From Acidobacteriota bacterium (lineage in GTDB: Bacteria; Acidobacteriota; UBA890; WLXD01): a DNA stretch of 64,000 bases. The stretch spans positions 2,048,001-2,112,000 of the forward strand of contig CBDFKD010000002.1 in the NCBI GenBank assembly GCA_965248695.1, written 5' to 3'. The translations under genes were made by a program, and so were the position numbers. This document shows positions 1 through 9,085 of the stretch, piece by piece (positions within the stretch are counted from its first letter, which is position 1; every line of letters starts with the position of its first letter). The notes under the pieces were generated by a model that did not search any database, was not told where the DNA came from, and saw only the letters and a list, made by a program, of their open reading frames with translations.

Positions 1-60
1 AACAGCGATGACCAACGCTGCGATCAGGATCATGGACCAGCTAGCTTTCGTTCCGGGCAC
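1..60 (-). CDS. 5' end of a secreted protein running off the window, probably a paralog of the adjacent CocE/NonD hydrolase
   Basis: Minus strand GGAGGcaccc-GTG at 60 reads MPGTKASWSMILIAALVIAV, a signal-peptide-like start resembling MPSRRTTWSLIVVAVLAIL of the 256-2196 gene. Both genes share an upstream motif. Not in the ORF track. Confidence 0.6.
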   Translation of the reverse strand, partial: MPGTKASWSMILIAALVIAV

Positions 61-255
61 GGGTGCCTCCACTTCGAGATGTGGTTCGGGCAGACAGAGA
101 TCGGGTGGCGAATCTGTATCACGTCCGCCGCCACGCGTGGAGGGTCGGCGACGGAGCACGAGCGAGTACCGTCCGGGTCAGTGCCTCGCCGTCGTCGTTC
201 CACGACGACGAAACCTACATTCCGCGCGCTCCGCCGAGCTCGCTACCCTGATCAG

Positions 256-2196
256 CTACTCATCGTCAGCTATCGCTCCCGATCTCACAATCGGCAGGAT
301 GACGTGCGACGGGTACTCCGCCGAATGGTGCACGATCTGGTTGGCCACCACCCACTCGGTCTCGTCGAAGTTGTTGCCGCCGGTGTTCAGGTTACGGCTC
401 CAGCGCGGGAAGTTGGAGCTCGACACCTCGACGCGGATGCGGTGGCCCTTGGCGAAGTAGTTCGAGGCGGCATGCAGATCCAGCTGGATCTCGTAGATCT
501 CGCCCTCCTCCATCCACACCGGGACGGAGAGATTGTCGCGGTACCGCATCCGCCGAGCGCCCTCCTGGATGTTGAACGCGCGACCGTCGGGATAGACGTC
601 GACGAGCTTCAGTGTGAAGTCGGTGTCCTTCGCATCGGAGCCCACATACAGCACCGCACCGAGGTCACCGCTGACCTCGATGCCCTCCTCGAGCGGCTCG
701 GAGGTGTACACCAGGATGTCGGCCCGCATCTCGTTGGTCGACTGGTCGTAGCCGCCGGAGCCCTCGGTAAACCCGGTGCAGCAGGTGTTGCCGCCGCGAG
801 TAGGCACCGGAGTCCCCGGATCGTAGGTGTAGCGATCGGCCGGCTGGCCGCCGTCCGGCGCGCTCCACGAGAGCGTCCCGTCGCCGAAACGGCTGTTGGC
901 GCGGCCTCCCGACTGCAGGTAGATCTTCTCGCTCGTGGTGCCGGTAGGCGGCCAGTACTCGTCGCTGCGCCACTCGTTGGCACCCATCAGGTAGTACTGC
1001 ACCCGCGGCATGTCGGTGATGCCATTGTCCTCGCCGTCGAGCCAGTGGGCCATCCAGCGCATGTAGATGTCCTGGAAGTCCTTGCGCGCATCACCGAGCT
1101 CACGCTCGCCGATGATGGTGTTCTCGGTGGCGCGCTCCCAGCCGCAGTGGGTCGACGGCGCCACGATGACGAACTGGTTGCGCCGCGCGTGCTCGCTCAC
1201 CGCCTGGTCGCGCATCTGGTTGAACATTGTCAGCGTGTCGTCGACACCGAAGTCGTACCAGGAGTCGATGTACAGCGCCGCCGTGTCGAAGGTGTCGTTG
1301 GAGCGCACGAAGTCGTTGTCGTAGAAGTAATCCGACTCCGGCGGGTTGGCGGCGTACTCCTCGTAGTCGGTGTGGGTCATGCCGCGGTTCTTGACGATGT
1401 CGACGACCGGCAGGTGCTGGTAGGCCTCGAAGGCGTTCTCGCGACCGGCGTCCGGATAGACCATGAACTTGCGCGCCATGTCGCCCTTGAACCACTCGTC
1501 GCGATCAACGTGATCCGGCGGCTGCATGAACACCGTCGTGCCACTGTTGAGGAACCAGCCGGCGGTCTGCGCCAACTCGAACACGCCACCGTCGAACGAC
1601 GACCACGGGCGACCGGGGGCGTAGTAGGCCGCCGACGGCGCCTTCGGTATCGCCGCGACGTGGTTGGGGTGCTTGGCGGCCGCCAGCGCGAGCTGAGTCT
1701 CACCCAGATAGGAGCACCCGAAGGTGGCGACTTTCTCGTTCGACCACGGCTGGTTGATCAACCACTCCACCGTGTCGTAGCCGTCGTCGCGGTCCGAATA
1801 GCGCACCCGGTAGCGGCCCGCGGACTCGAAGCGCCCGCGGATGTCCTGCACGACCACGGCGTATCCCTTGGACACGAACGTCGGGATCCAGCCGGGATCG
1901 TCAGCGTCCTGGGTGCGACGATACGGATAGGTGTTTTCCTTGTTGTACGGCGTCCGGATCAGGATCGTCGACAGCGGGCCCTCGGCACCGTCCGGGAAGT
2001 AAATGTCGGTCGACAGCAGCGTCCCGTCGCGCATCGGCACCATGTTGCTGCGGTCCTTGCGCACCTCGTAGCCGCCGTGACCGTCCTGCCCGGAAGCCGC
2101 GGCGGACGCCCAGCCGGCAGTGCCAGCGGGAATAGACAGCAAGATAGCTAGAACGGCAACTACGATCAGGGACCAGGTTGTTCTTCTGCTTGGCAT
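256..2196 (-). CDS. CocE/NonD family serine hydrolase (peptidase S15-like), secreted
   Basis: Signal peptide; RTPY, QDIRGRFES, nucleophile GCSYLG, SWYD, C-terminal VSSSNFPR..RNLNTG; GGAGG RBS. Confidence 0.9.
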   Translation of the reverse strand: MPSRRTTWSLIVVAVLAILLSIPAGTAGWASAAASGQDGHGGYEVRKDRSNMVPMRDGTLLSTDIYFPDGAEGPLSTILIRTPYNKENTYPYRRTQDADDPGWIPTFVSKGYAVVVQDIRGRFESAGRYRVRYSDRDDGYDTVEWLINQPWSNEKVATFGCSYLGETQLALAAAKHPNHVAAIPKAPSAAYYAPGRPWSSFDGGVFELAQTAGWFLNSGTTVFMQPPDHVDRDEWFKGDMARKFMVYPDAGRENAFEAYQHLPVVDIVKNRGMTHTDYEEYAANPPESDYFYDNDFVRSNDTFDTAALYIDSWYDFGVDDTLTMFNQMRDQAVSEHARRNQFVIVAPSTHCGWERATENTIIGERELGDARKDFQDIYMRWMAHWLDGEDNGITDMPRVQYYLMGANEWRSDEYWPPTGTTSEKIYLQSGGRANSRFGDGTLSWSAPDGGQPADRYTYDPGTPVPTRGGNTCCTGFTEGSGGYDQSTNEMRADILVYTSEPLEEGIEVSGDLGAVLYVGSDAKDTDFTLKLVDVYPDGRAFNIQEGARRMRYRDNLSVPVWMEEGEIYEIQLDLHAASNYFAKGHRIRVEVSSSNFPRWSRNLNTGGNNFDETEWVVANQIVHHSAEYPSHVILPIVRSGAIADDE

Positions 2197-2393
2197 GGGA
2201 GCCTCCGGAGTCGAGTAAGTCCGGGTCGAGCGGACTAGTCGTGGCGGATCTGTACCACGTTTTCCACCCAGGTTGCACGGGTGGCGGTGCGCTCTCGACA
2301 GACTCCGAGCCCTCGGGATTCTCCCGGCTGGGCCGCAGCTCGCGCAGCGGGCGAACCGAGGCTACGCATCTAGCAAGACTATCTTCGGCTGGC

Positions 2394-3218
2394 CTAGGAC
2401 TCTGAATCCCCGAAGCGGGCGTCGCGCCAGGCGATCGCCGCCTTCAGGCCGTCCTTGCGGGCGATGGCCATGAACTCCTCGCGTTCCGGAACCACCGCGG
2501 CCTCGATGAGCACGCCCATGTCGTGAGAGTCGCCGAGCGCCTCGCGCATACCCATGATGTCGTAGGTGCGATTGATCGCCTTCTTGGTAGTGGTCATCGA
2601 GAACGGGTCGATGACGGCGATCTTGCGCGCCATCTCCATCGCTGCATCGAGGTGCTCGCCTTCGCCCACCACCTTGTTGATCAGTCCCATCTGTAGACAC
2701 CGATCGGCCGACACTCGATCGTCACCGGTGAAGTACAGCTCCTTCGCCTGCTTGGGGCCGGTGAGCCAGGGGAGCAGCATCACCACCACCCCGGCGCCGA
2801 AGCGCAGATCGGGCTCGCCGAGCCTGAAGGTCTCGTCGGCAACGGTGAGATCGCAGGCGAGAGCAAGCTCGCAGCCGCCGGCGATGGCGTAGCCGTGCAC
2901 CGCCGAGATCGTCGGTTTTGGAAAGTTCCACAGCCGCATGATCGAGTCGAAGTCGCGCTGCAGCACCGGCGCGAGATCGACGACGTTGACGCTCCCTTCG
3001 TGCTCGGCCTCGTCCTTGAGGTCAAAGCCGGAGCAGAACGAGCGCCCGGCGCCGTGTAGGACGACGACGCGAACGTCGGCGTCCTTTTCGATCTGGTCGA
3101 GCACCGCGTCGAGGTCGTCGAGCAGCTGCTCGTTCATGGCGTTGAGCACCTGCGGCCGATTCAGCGTGATGACGCCAATCGGGCCGCGGCGCTCGTACTC
3201 GATGGTCTCGAAGGCCAT
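2394..3218 (-). CDS. Enoyl-CoA hydratase/isomerase (crotonase) family protein
   Basis: ITLNRPQVLNAM, FCSGFDL, AIAGGCELALACD; start taken at ATG 3218 (MAFETIEY). Confidence 0.9.
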   Translation of the reverse strand: MAFETIEYERRGPIGVITLNRPQVLNAMNEQLLDDLDAVLDQIEKDADVRVVVLHGAGRSFCSGFDLKDEAEHEGSVNVVDLAPVLQRDFDSIMRLWNFPKPTISAVHGYAIAGGCELALACDLTVADETFRLGEPDLRFGAGVVVMLLPWLTGPKQAKELYFTGDDRVSADRCLQMGLINKVVGEGEHLDAAMEMARKIAVIDPFSMTTTKKAINRTYDIMGMREALGDSHDMGVLIEAAVVPEREEFMAIARKDGLKAAIAWRDARFGDSES

Positions 3219-3293
3219 TGGGCTAGTCCTGTTCACGTGCGGCAAGCAGACGCGCGAAGCGCCTCGACCGCGATGGATGATCGGGTGCGCGCG

Positions 3294-3522
3294 CTATCCG
3301 TGACGGATCCAGGCCGACCTGTCGGGCCTAGCCATGTCGGATCCATGCCGACCTGTTCGGCCTAACCATGTCGGATCCACGCCGACTCATTCGGCCTAAC
3401 CATGTCGGATCCACGCCGACTCATTCGGCCTAACCATGTCGGATCCACGCCGACTCATTCGGCCTAACCATGTCGGATCCACGCCGACTCATTCGGCCTA
3501 ACCATGTCGGATCCACGCCGAC
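3294..3522 (-). repeat. Tandem array, period 34 bp: 7 copies of a 25-bp core (GTCGGCGTGGATCCGACATGGTTAG, the aldehyde dehydrogenase 3' end) with 9-bp linkers
   Basis: GGATCC recurs at 3305, 3339, 3373, 3407, 3441, 3475 and 3509. Five cores are identical, including the one in the gene (3498-3522); the two distal cores are diverged. Confidence 0.97.
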
Positions 3523-5015
3523 TTCGTGTCGGTGTAGTTCAGCAGGCTCTCGAAGCACTTGTCTTTGGCGTTGCCCGACTGCTTCATGCCGCCGAAGGGC
3601 TGCGTCATGTCGCCCTCGTCGAAACAGTTGACCCAGATCACCCCGGCCTCAATGTCGCGGATGAGCCGATGTGCGGTGTTCAGATCGCGCGTCCAGACGC
3701 CGGCCGCGAGCCCATAGACGGTGTCGTTAGCCACTGCCACCGCCTCATCGACGCCGTCGACCGGGATCACCCCGGTCACCGGTCCGAAGATCTCCTCGCG
3801 AGCGATCTTCATGTTGTTGTCGACGCCGGTGAACAGCGTCGGGTTGACGAACGCGCCGGCGGCGAGATCGCCGTCCGGGGCGTCGCCACCGAACTCGACC
3901 TTGGCACCCTCGCTCTTGCCGGCCTCGATGTAGCTCAGCACACGCTCCTGAGCCTCCGCCGTAACAAGGGGGCCCATGTTGGTCTCGGGGTCGAGCGGAT
4001 CACCCGGCTTGTAGGCGTCGCGTCCGCTGGCGACGAACTGCTCGACGAACTCATCGTGGATCGATCGGTCGACGAGCAGGCGGGAGCCTGCGTTACATAC
4101 CTCGCCCATGTTCGCGAAAATGCCGTGGAACGCCGCCGACACGGCCTGTCCCATGTCGGGCAGATCGCCCATGAAGATCTGCGGCGTCTTGCCGCCACAC
4201 TCCAGGGAGACGCGCTTCATGTTGGACTGTCCAGCGTACGTGAGGATCAGCTTGCCGACCTCGGTCGACCCGGTGAAGGTGATTTTGGCGACGTCATCGT
4301 GCAAGGCCAGGGCCTTGCCGGCCACCTCACCCATGCCATTGACGACGTTGAACACCCCGGGTGGTCCGCCGGCTTCGAGGAACAGCTCGGCAAGTCGGAC
4401 GCAGCTGAGCGGTGACTGTTCGGCCGGCTTGAGCACCACCGAGTTGCCCGCCGCCAGCGCCGGCGCCACTTTCCAGGTGGCCATCAGCAGCGGGTAGTTC
4501 CACGGCGAGATGGCGCCCACGACTCCGAGCGGCTGTCGCAGCGTGTAGTGCAGGACGTCGAATTCGGTGGCCGTCACGGTGCTCTCGATCTTGTCGATGC
4601 ACTCGCCGAAGTACTGGAACGTCTCGACGCACGCCGGCAGGTCCACGCCAATCACGTCGGAGATCGGCTTGCCCATGTCAAGCGTTTCGAGCACCGCGAG
4701 CTCCTCGGCGTGCTGGTCGATCAGCGCTGCGAGGTTGTAGAGCACCTGCATGCGCTCACGCGGTGCCATCTGTGACCAAGAGCCCGCACGAAAGGCGCGC
4801 AACGCAGAACTCACGGCAGCATCGACGTCCGCTTCCGTCCCGGCGGCGACTTCGGCGAACACTTCTCCGGTGGTCGGGTTGACGTTCTCGAACCGACCGC
4901 CGCGGATGGCATCAACGTGCTCGCCGTCGATGAACAGGCGCACCTCGGGCTTGACCGCATCGGCCACGGCGCGCCACCGGGCGCTGTCGTAGGTTTCGAC
5001 TGTGCTGAGGGCCAT
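3498..5015 (-). CDS. NAD(P)-dependent aldehyde dehydrogenase, PuuC/gamma-glutamyl-aminobutyraldehyde dehydrogenase-like
   Basis: SPWNYP, KPAEQSP, FTGSTEVGK, LECGGK, catalytic Cys in GEVCNA, EEIFGPV; AAGGAG RBS before ATG 5015. Confidence 0.9.
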   Translation of the reverse strand: MALSTVETYDSARWRAVADAVKPEVRLFIDGEHVDAIRGGRFENVNPTTGEVFAEVAAGTEADVDAAVSSALRAFRAGSWSQMAPRERMQVLYNLAALIDQHAEELAVLETLDMGKPISDVIGVDLPACVETFQYFGECIDKIESTVTATEFDVLHYTLRQPLGVVGAISPWNYPLLMATWKVAPALAAGNSVVLKPAEQSPLSCVRLAELFLEAGGPPGVFNVVNGMGEVAGKALALHDDVAKITFTGSTEVGKLILTYAGQSNMKRVSLECGGKTPQIFMGDLPDMGQAVSAAFHGIFANMGEVCNAGSRLLVDRSIHDEFVEQFVASGRDAYKPGDPLDPETNMGPLVTAEAQERVLSYIEAGKSEGAKVEFGGDAPDGDLAAGAFVNPTLFTGVDNNMKIAREEIFGPVTGVIPVDGVDEAVAVANDTVYGLAAGVWTRDLNTAHRLIRDIEAGVIWVNCFDEGDMTQPFGGMKQSGNAKDKCFESLLNYTDTKSAWIRHG

Positions 5016-5058
5016 GACGCTCTCCTTAGCTGGCGGCGGACGCCGACGCAGCTGGCAA

Positions 5059-6270
5059 CTAGAAACTGAGTATGGATGGGGGTGGGGTACGCGACTCGGG
5101 TAGGGCCAACTCCTCGGCCCAGCGCGGATCGAACGCGCCGCGATGGTAGGTATGGGCGACCATCGCCAGGTGATGATAAAGGGCCTCCTCGTCGTCTGAC
5201 AGCGGACCCGCTCGGTAGGCGCCCGTACGCATGCCGCGCTGCGCCCCCTCACAGACCGCCCAGTCTTGCTTGTTCGTGATGTCCCAGAAATCGCGCGCGT
5301 AGGATGGATCGAAGTCCTCCCGGGCGACGGCTGCGGGAGCGAACAGCCAGCGGCATTCGACCCGGGTGCGATCGGTGTCGAGCGGCTCGAGCGTATGCGT
5401 CAGGACGTAGTCGGGATGGGCGCTGATAAGCAGGTTCGGGAACAGCTCGAGATAGAGAATCTGCCGCAGCTGCGGCCCCACGAGACCCGGCAGCGGCTCG
5501 GCGCCGCTGGTGCCGGTAATCGACATCGTCTCGGCACCGGGCGCGATATCCATCGACCCGCCGACCCAGGCGCCATCGGGCTGCCACAGATAACCGCTGT
5601 CGGCGGGGCTGACCTGGCAAAGCTCGGGGTGAATCAGCGAGCAGTGATAGCACTCGTGGTAGTTCTCGATGATCAGCTTCCAGTTGGCGTTCACGACGTA
5701 GCTATCGCGCGCGCCCTCGACGAGCTCGTCGGCACCGTAGGCTGCCATCGCGGTATCGAGGCGGGCACCGGTGTAGGCAGCCAGATCGGCCGCTGATCCA
5801 GACGCGTTGACGAACAACCAGCCACCCCATTCCGCGACCGAAACGGGAACGAGACCGAAGTCGGCGGCTTCGAAGCTCGCCTCGTCGCAGTGCCGGGCGT
5901 TCAATAGCGTCCCGTCCAAAGCATAGGACCAGGCGTGATAGGGACACCGGATCGTGCCGGAGCTGCGTGACTCGCCGCAACCGATGAGCTCATGGCCGCG
6001 GTGGCTGCAGACGTTGAAGAATCCGCGCACGTCGCCGTCTTCAGCGCGGGTCAGCAGCACCTGCCTGCCACCGATCGAAACGCCGAGCTGCGCACCGGAC
6101 TCGCGCAGATCCAGAGCGCGGCCGACACACACCCACGCACCGCCGTACATGTGCTCCAGTTCCCACGCCAGGATCTCGGTCGAGGTGTAGGCCTCGCCGG
6201 GGAGCATGCGGCTGTCGCCGAACGGTGCAAGCACGGCCTGCAGCGCGAGTAACGGCAGTGGAGCGGACAT
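5059..6270 (-). CDS. Rieske non-heme iron oxygenase alpha subunit (GbcA/choline monooxygenase-like group)
   Basis: Rieske motif CSHRG...CPYHAW; mononuclear Fe motif NWKLIIENYHECYHC..IHP; distal QDW; start ATG 6270 assumed. Confidence 0.88.
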   Translation of the reverse strand: MSAPLPLLALQAVLAPFGDSRMLPGEAYTSTEILAWELEHMYGGAWVCVGRALDLRESGAQLGVSIGGRQVLLTRAEDGDVRGFFNVCSHRGHELIGCGESRSSGTIRCPYHAWSYALDGTLLNARHCDEASFEAADFGLVPVSVAEWGGWLFVNASGSAADLAAYTGARLDTAMAAYGADELVEGARDSYVVNANWKLIIENYHECYHCSLIHPELCQVSPADSGYLWQPDGAWVGGSMDIAPGAETMSITGTSGAEPLPGLVGPQLRQILYLELFPNLLISAHPDYVLTHTLEPLDTDRTRVECRWLFAPAAVAREDFDPSYARDFWDITNKQDWAVCEGAQRGMRTGAYRAGPLSDDEEALYHHLAMVAHTYHRGAFDPRWAEELALPESRTPPPSILSF

Positions 6271-6300
6271 TGATTCCAAACCCTCTTGGCCGGCGTTTCC

Positions 6301-6314
6301 TGAACGGCGGTTCA
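6301..6314. promoter_or_regulatory. Palindromic operator TGAAC-GGCG-GTTCA upstream of the Rieske/ALDH/crotonase unit
   Basis: Perfect 5-4-5 inverted repeat; same motif at 6432 and 12880, with a variant at 12979. Confidence 0.65.
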
Positions 6315-6431
6315 AACTCTAGCGGCGAGGCGCCGGAGCGGTGAACCTCATGCTGACTGTACGCTGCGCCGTCTACGAGCTGTCACGGCGTCGCGTCGGT
6401 GGACCAGGTCGCGACGCTACTATTATGATGG

Positions 6432-6445
6432 TGAATCGTCATTCA
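6432..6445. promoter_or_regulatory. Palindromic operator TGAAT-CGTC-ATTCA upstream of the aminotransferase
   Basis: Perfect 5-4-5 inverted repeat just downstream of the AT-rich -10-like TACTATTATGAT (6418-6429). Confidence 0.7.
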
Positions 6446-6469
6446 ATGTGTATTTGGGAGTAGTTTGCC

Positions 6470-7849
6470 ATGGCCGAGACCACCGAGGCGACCGTCGACA
6501 CCCGAGGACGGCTCGCCGAGCTCGTCGAAGAGCAGGAGCGTATCTTTGTCGAGCGCCAGCCGAGATCGGGGGAGCTGTCGGCGCGGGCGCTTCGATCGCT
6601 GGCCGGAGGAACCACGTCGAGTTGGCAAATGTCTCGACCGCAGACCGTGTGGATCAGCCACGGCAAAGGGTCGAAGATCTACGACGTCGACGGCAACGAG
6701 TATGTCGACCTCCATGGCGGCTACGGAGTCGGCCTCGCCGGTCACGCACACCCGGCGCTGGTGCGCGCTGTGAGCGAGCGCGTCGCTCTCGGGACCCATT
6801 TCGCCCAACCGAACGACGACGCGATCATCGTCGCCGAGGAGCTGGCGCGACGATTCGACCAACCGCTCTGGCGTTTCACGAACTCCGGCACCGAATCGAC
6901 GCTCGATGCGTTCCACCTGATGCGCTGCGCCACCGGTCGGGACATCGTTCTCAAGGTCGAGGGCTGCTACCACGGTCACCACGACTCGGCGATGGTCTCG
7001 GTGGCCAACGAAGCGGACGAGATCGGGCCGATCGAACGACCACATAGTCCACAGGCCGGCAGCGGCTTGCCCACCGCGATTACCGATCTGACCTGGATCG
7101 TGCACTACAACGATCTGGAGATCGTTGAGCGCCTGCTGGTAGAGAACCCCGATCGAATCGCGGGGATGATCGTCGAGCCGATCATGCTGAATTCCGGCGT
7201 CATCGGTCCACACGACGGCTACTTGGCAGGCTTGAAGGAGCTGTTGCATCGTCACGGCGCGTTGTTGACGTTCGACGAGGTCAAGACGGGGCTCACCGTA
7301 GGCCCGGGAGGCGCAACCCGACGACTTGGCGTAACGCCCGACCTGATCACCCTTGCCAAGGCGATCGGTGGTGGCGTGCCGTGTGGCGCGGTTGGCGGCA
7401 GCGAAGCGGTGATGCGACTCATTGTCGATCAGGAGTATGAGCAGGTCGGCACGTTCAACGGCAATCCCCTGACCATGGCGGCGTGCCGGGCGATGCTCAC
7501 AGAGGTCCTCGACGACGATGGCCACGCGCATGTCGAATCGCTCCGAGAGCATATGCAGACCGGCATCGAGGCAATCATCGAGGAGTATGGGCTCGACGCC
7601 CACGTGATGGCTTTCGGGGCCAAGGGCTGTGTGACCTTCTGTGCCGAGCGCATCAGCAACTACCGAGAGTTCCTGGAAATCGACGGCGAGCTCAGCCATC
7701 TCCATTGCCTGGTGCAGCACAACGGCGGCGTGTTCCTGCCTCCGTGGGGCAAGGCCGAACAGTGGACGCTGTCGATTCAGCACACATCGGAAGACGCGCA
7801 GCTGTTGGTCGACAACTTCAGGACCTTCGCCCGGGCCATGACGCAGTGA
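6470..7849 (+). CDS. Class III PLP-dependent aminotransferase (glutamate-1-semialdehyde aminomutase-like fold, probably an amine transaminase)
   Basis: DVDGNEYVD, NSGTES, YHGHHD, FDEVKTG, PDLITLAKAIGGG (PLP Lys), GTFNGNP; GGGAG RBS. Confidence 0.88.
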   Translation: MAETTEATVDTRGRLAELVEEQERIFVERQPRSGELSARALRSLAGGTTSSWQMSRPQTVWISHGKGSKIYDVDGNEYVDLHGGYGVGLAGHAHPALVRAVSERVALGTHFAQPNDDAIIVAEELARRFDQPLWRFTNSGTESTLDAFHLMRCATGRDIVLKVEGCYHGHHDSAMVSVANEADEIGPIERPHSPQAGSGLPTAITDLTWIVHYNDLEIVERLLVENPDRIAGMIVEPIMLNSGVIGPHDGYLAGLKELLHRHGALLTFDEVKTGLTVGPGGATRRLGVTPDLITLAKAIGGGVPCGAVGGSEAVMRLIVDQEYEQVGTFNGNPLTMAACRAMLTEVLDDDGHAHVESLREHMQTGIEAIIEEYGLDAHVMAFGAKGCVTFCAERISNYREFLEIDGELSHLHCLVQHNGGVFLPPWGKAEQWTLSIQHTSEDAQLLVDNFRTFARAMTQ

Positions 7850-7913
7850 GCCCGACGGGCGACTGCCGGTCGCGACCGGCGGCCGCGCGGAGAGTCGGCA
7901 GGCAGGACCCGGT

Positions 7914-9014
7914 TTGAAGACAGGCCCGAAAGGCGAACATGGCGGCCATCTGCGCCTCAGTGGCCTGGTAAAGCGGTACGGCGACCTCACTGCCGTGCGT
8001 GACGTCGACCTCGAAGTAGCGCCCGGGGAGTTCTTTTCACTTCTCGGACCGTCGGGGTGCGGCAAGACCACCATGCTGCGCATGGTTGCCGGCTTCGAGC
8101 GACCGACCGCCGGCCGGATTTACCTCGATGGCGAGGATCTGTCGGAGACCCCGCCGCACAAGCGCAACGTCAACACGGTCTTTCAAAGCTACGCGCTGTT
8201 TCCACACCTCGACGTGGGCGAGAACGTCGGCTTCGGCCTGCGTTTTCGCGGCCTCCCGAAGACGGAGATCGGCGACCGCGTGAGGCAGGCGCTCGAGCTC
8301 GTGCAGATGGAGGCAATGATCGATAGGCGACCGACCAGGCTGTCCGGCGGACAACAGCAACGTGTCGCGCTAGCGCGCGCGTTGGTGCTCGATCCCGCCG
8401 TGCTGTTGCTCGACGAGCCGCTCGGCGCCCTCGACGCCCAGCTTAAGAAAACACTGCAAGTGGAGCTGAAGCGCATCCAGGAGCGCGTCGGGATTACCTT
8501 TGTGTACGTCACCCATGATCAGGAAGAAGCGCTGGCGCTGTCGGACCGCATGTGCGTCATGCACGAAGGCACGATTCGCCAGCTGGGTCCGCCGCGCGAG
8601 GTCTACGAGGAGCCGGCCAGCGCCTTCGTAGCAGACTTCCTGGGAGTCTCGAACGTAATCGACGCGGAGGCTGTCGGCCGCCACTCGGATGGCGGCTGTC
8701 GCGTGGCGATCGGGGGCAGCGAGCTGGTTGCCGGCAGCGGCGATGTCGACGCCAGCGGACCGGTGAAGATCATGCTTCGACCCGAGCGGCTGGAGATCGG
8801 GGCCGCCGACGCGTCGGGGCCTAACCAGCTGCTCGGCGAAGTAGAGCGGCTGGTGTACATGGGCTCGATCACGCAGATGTTCATCCAGCTCCACGGCGGC
8901 CAAACGGTGCAAGCCACGATCACCAATCGTGGCGACACACCGGCGCCTGCGAGGGGCAGCCGCGTGTCGGTGGGTCTGGCATCGTCCGCACTGCGCGTGC
9001 TCGCCAGCGACTGA
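7914..9014 (+). CDS. potA: Polyamine-type ABC transporter ATP-binding subunit (PotA-like)
   Basis: GPSGCGKTT, VNTVFQSYALFPHL, LSGGQQQRVALARAL, LLLDEPLGALD, C-terminal TOBE-like region. Confidence 0.88.
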   Translation: MKTGPKGEHGGHLRLSGLVKRYGDLTAVRDVDLEVAPGEFFSLLGPSGCGKTTMLRMVAGFERPTAGRIYLDGEDLSETPPHKRNVNTVFQSYALFPHLDVGENVGFGLRFRGLPKTEIGDRVRQALELVQMEAMIDRRPTRLSGGQQQRVALARALVLDPAVLLLDEPLGALDAQLKKTLQVELKRIQERVGITFVYVTHDQEEALALSDRMCVMHEGTIRQLGPPREVYEEPASAFVADFLGVSNVIDAEAVGRHSDGGCRVAIGGSELVAGSGDVDASGPVKIMLRPERLEIGAADASGPNQLLGEVERLVYMGSITQMFIQLHGGQTVQATITNRGDTPAPARGSRVSVGLASSALRVLASD

Positions 9015-9085
9015 AACTCCGCGCCCGCCCGCGGCCCGGACCCACATCCGTAGGCGCTGGAGCCGCGCTGATGCCGCCGCCAGAA

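Noticed and set aside
190-210. Hairpin CGTCGTCGT-TCC-ACGACGACG as an intrinsic terminator
   Set aside because: No U-tract follows in the direction of transcription and the stem is a low-complexity CGT repeat.
79-2151. 690-aa + strand ORF, and similar long antisense ORFs such as 6443-8083, 14803-16062, 21898-22956, 45468-46643 and 53245-54324
   Set aside because: Antisense shadows of well-supported genes in high-GC DNA, with Arg/Gly/Val-rich composition and no recognisable motifs.
3294-3522. CRISPR array interpretation of the 34-bp periodic repeat
   Set aside because: Linkers are only 9 bp and mostly identical, the repeat is the ALDH coding end, and there are no cas genes in the window.
5016-5252. 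N-terminal extensions in the ORF track (ALDH from 5252; also 16125, 17957, 21013, 25470, 36263, 42608, 48220, 54815, 60766)
   Set aside because: They overlap neighbouring genes or regulatory DNA; downstream starts have an RBS or stop/start coupling and match where the family domains begin.
6470-7849. hemL (tetrapyrrole synthesis) assignment
   Set aside because: The fold matches, but the context is amine catabolism with no hem genes, so the symbol is withheld.
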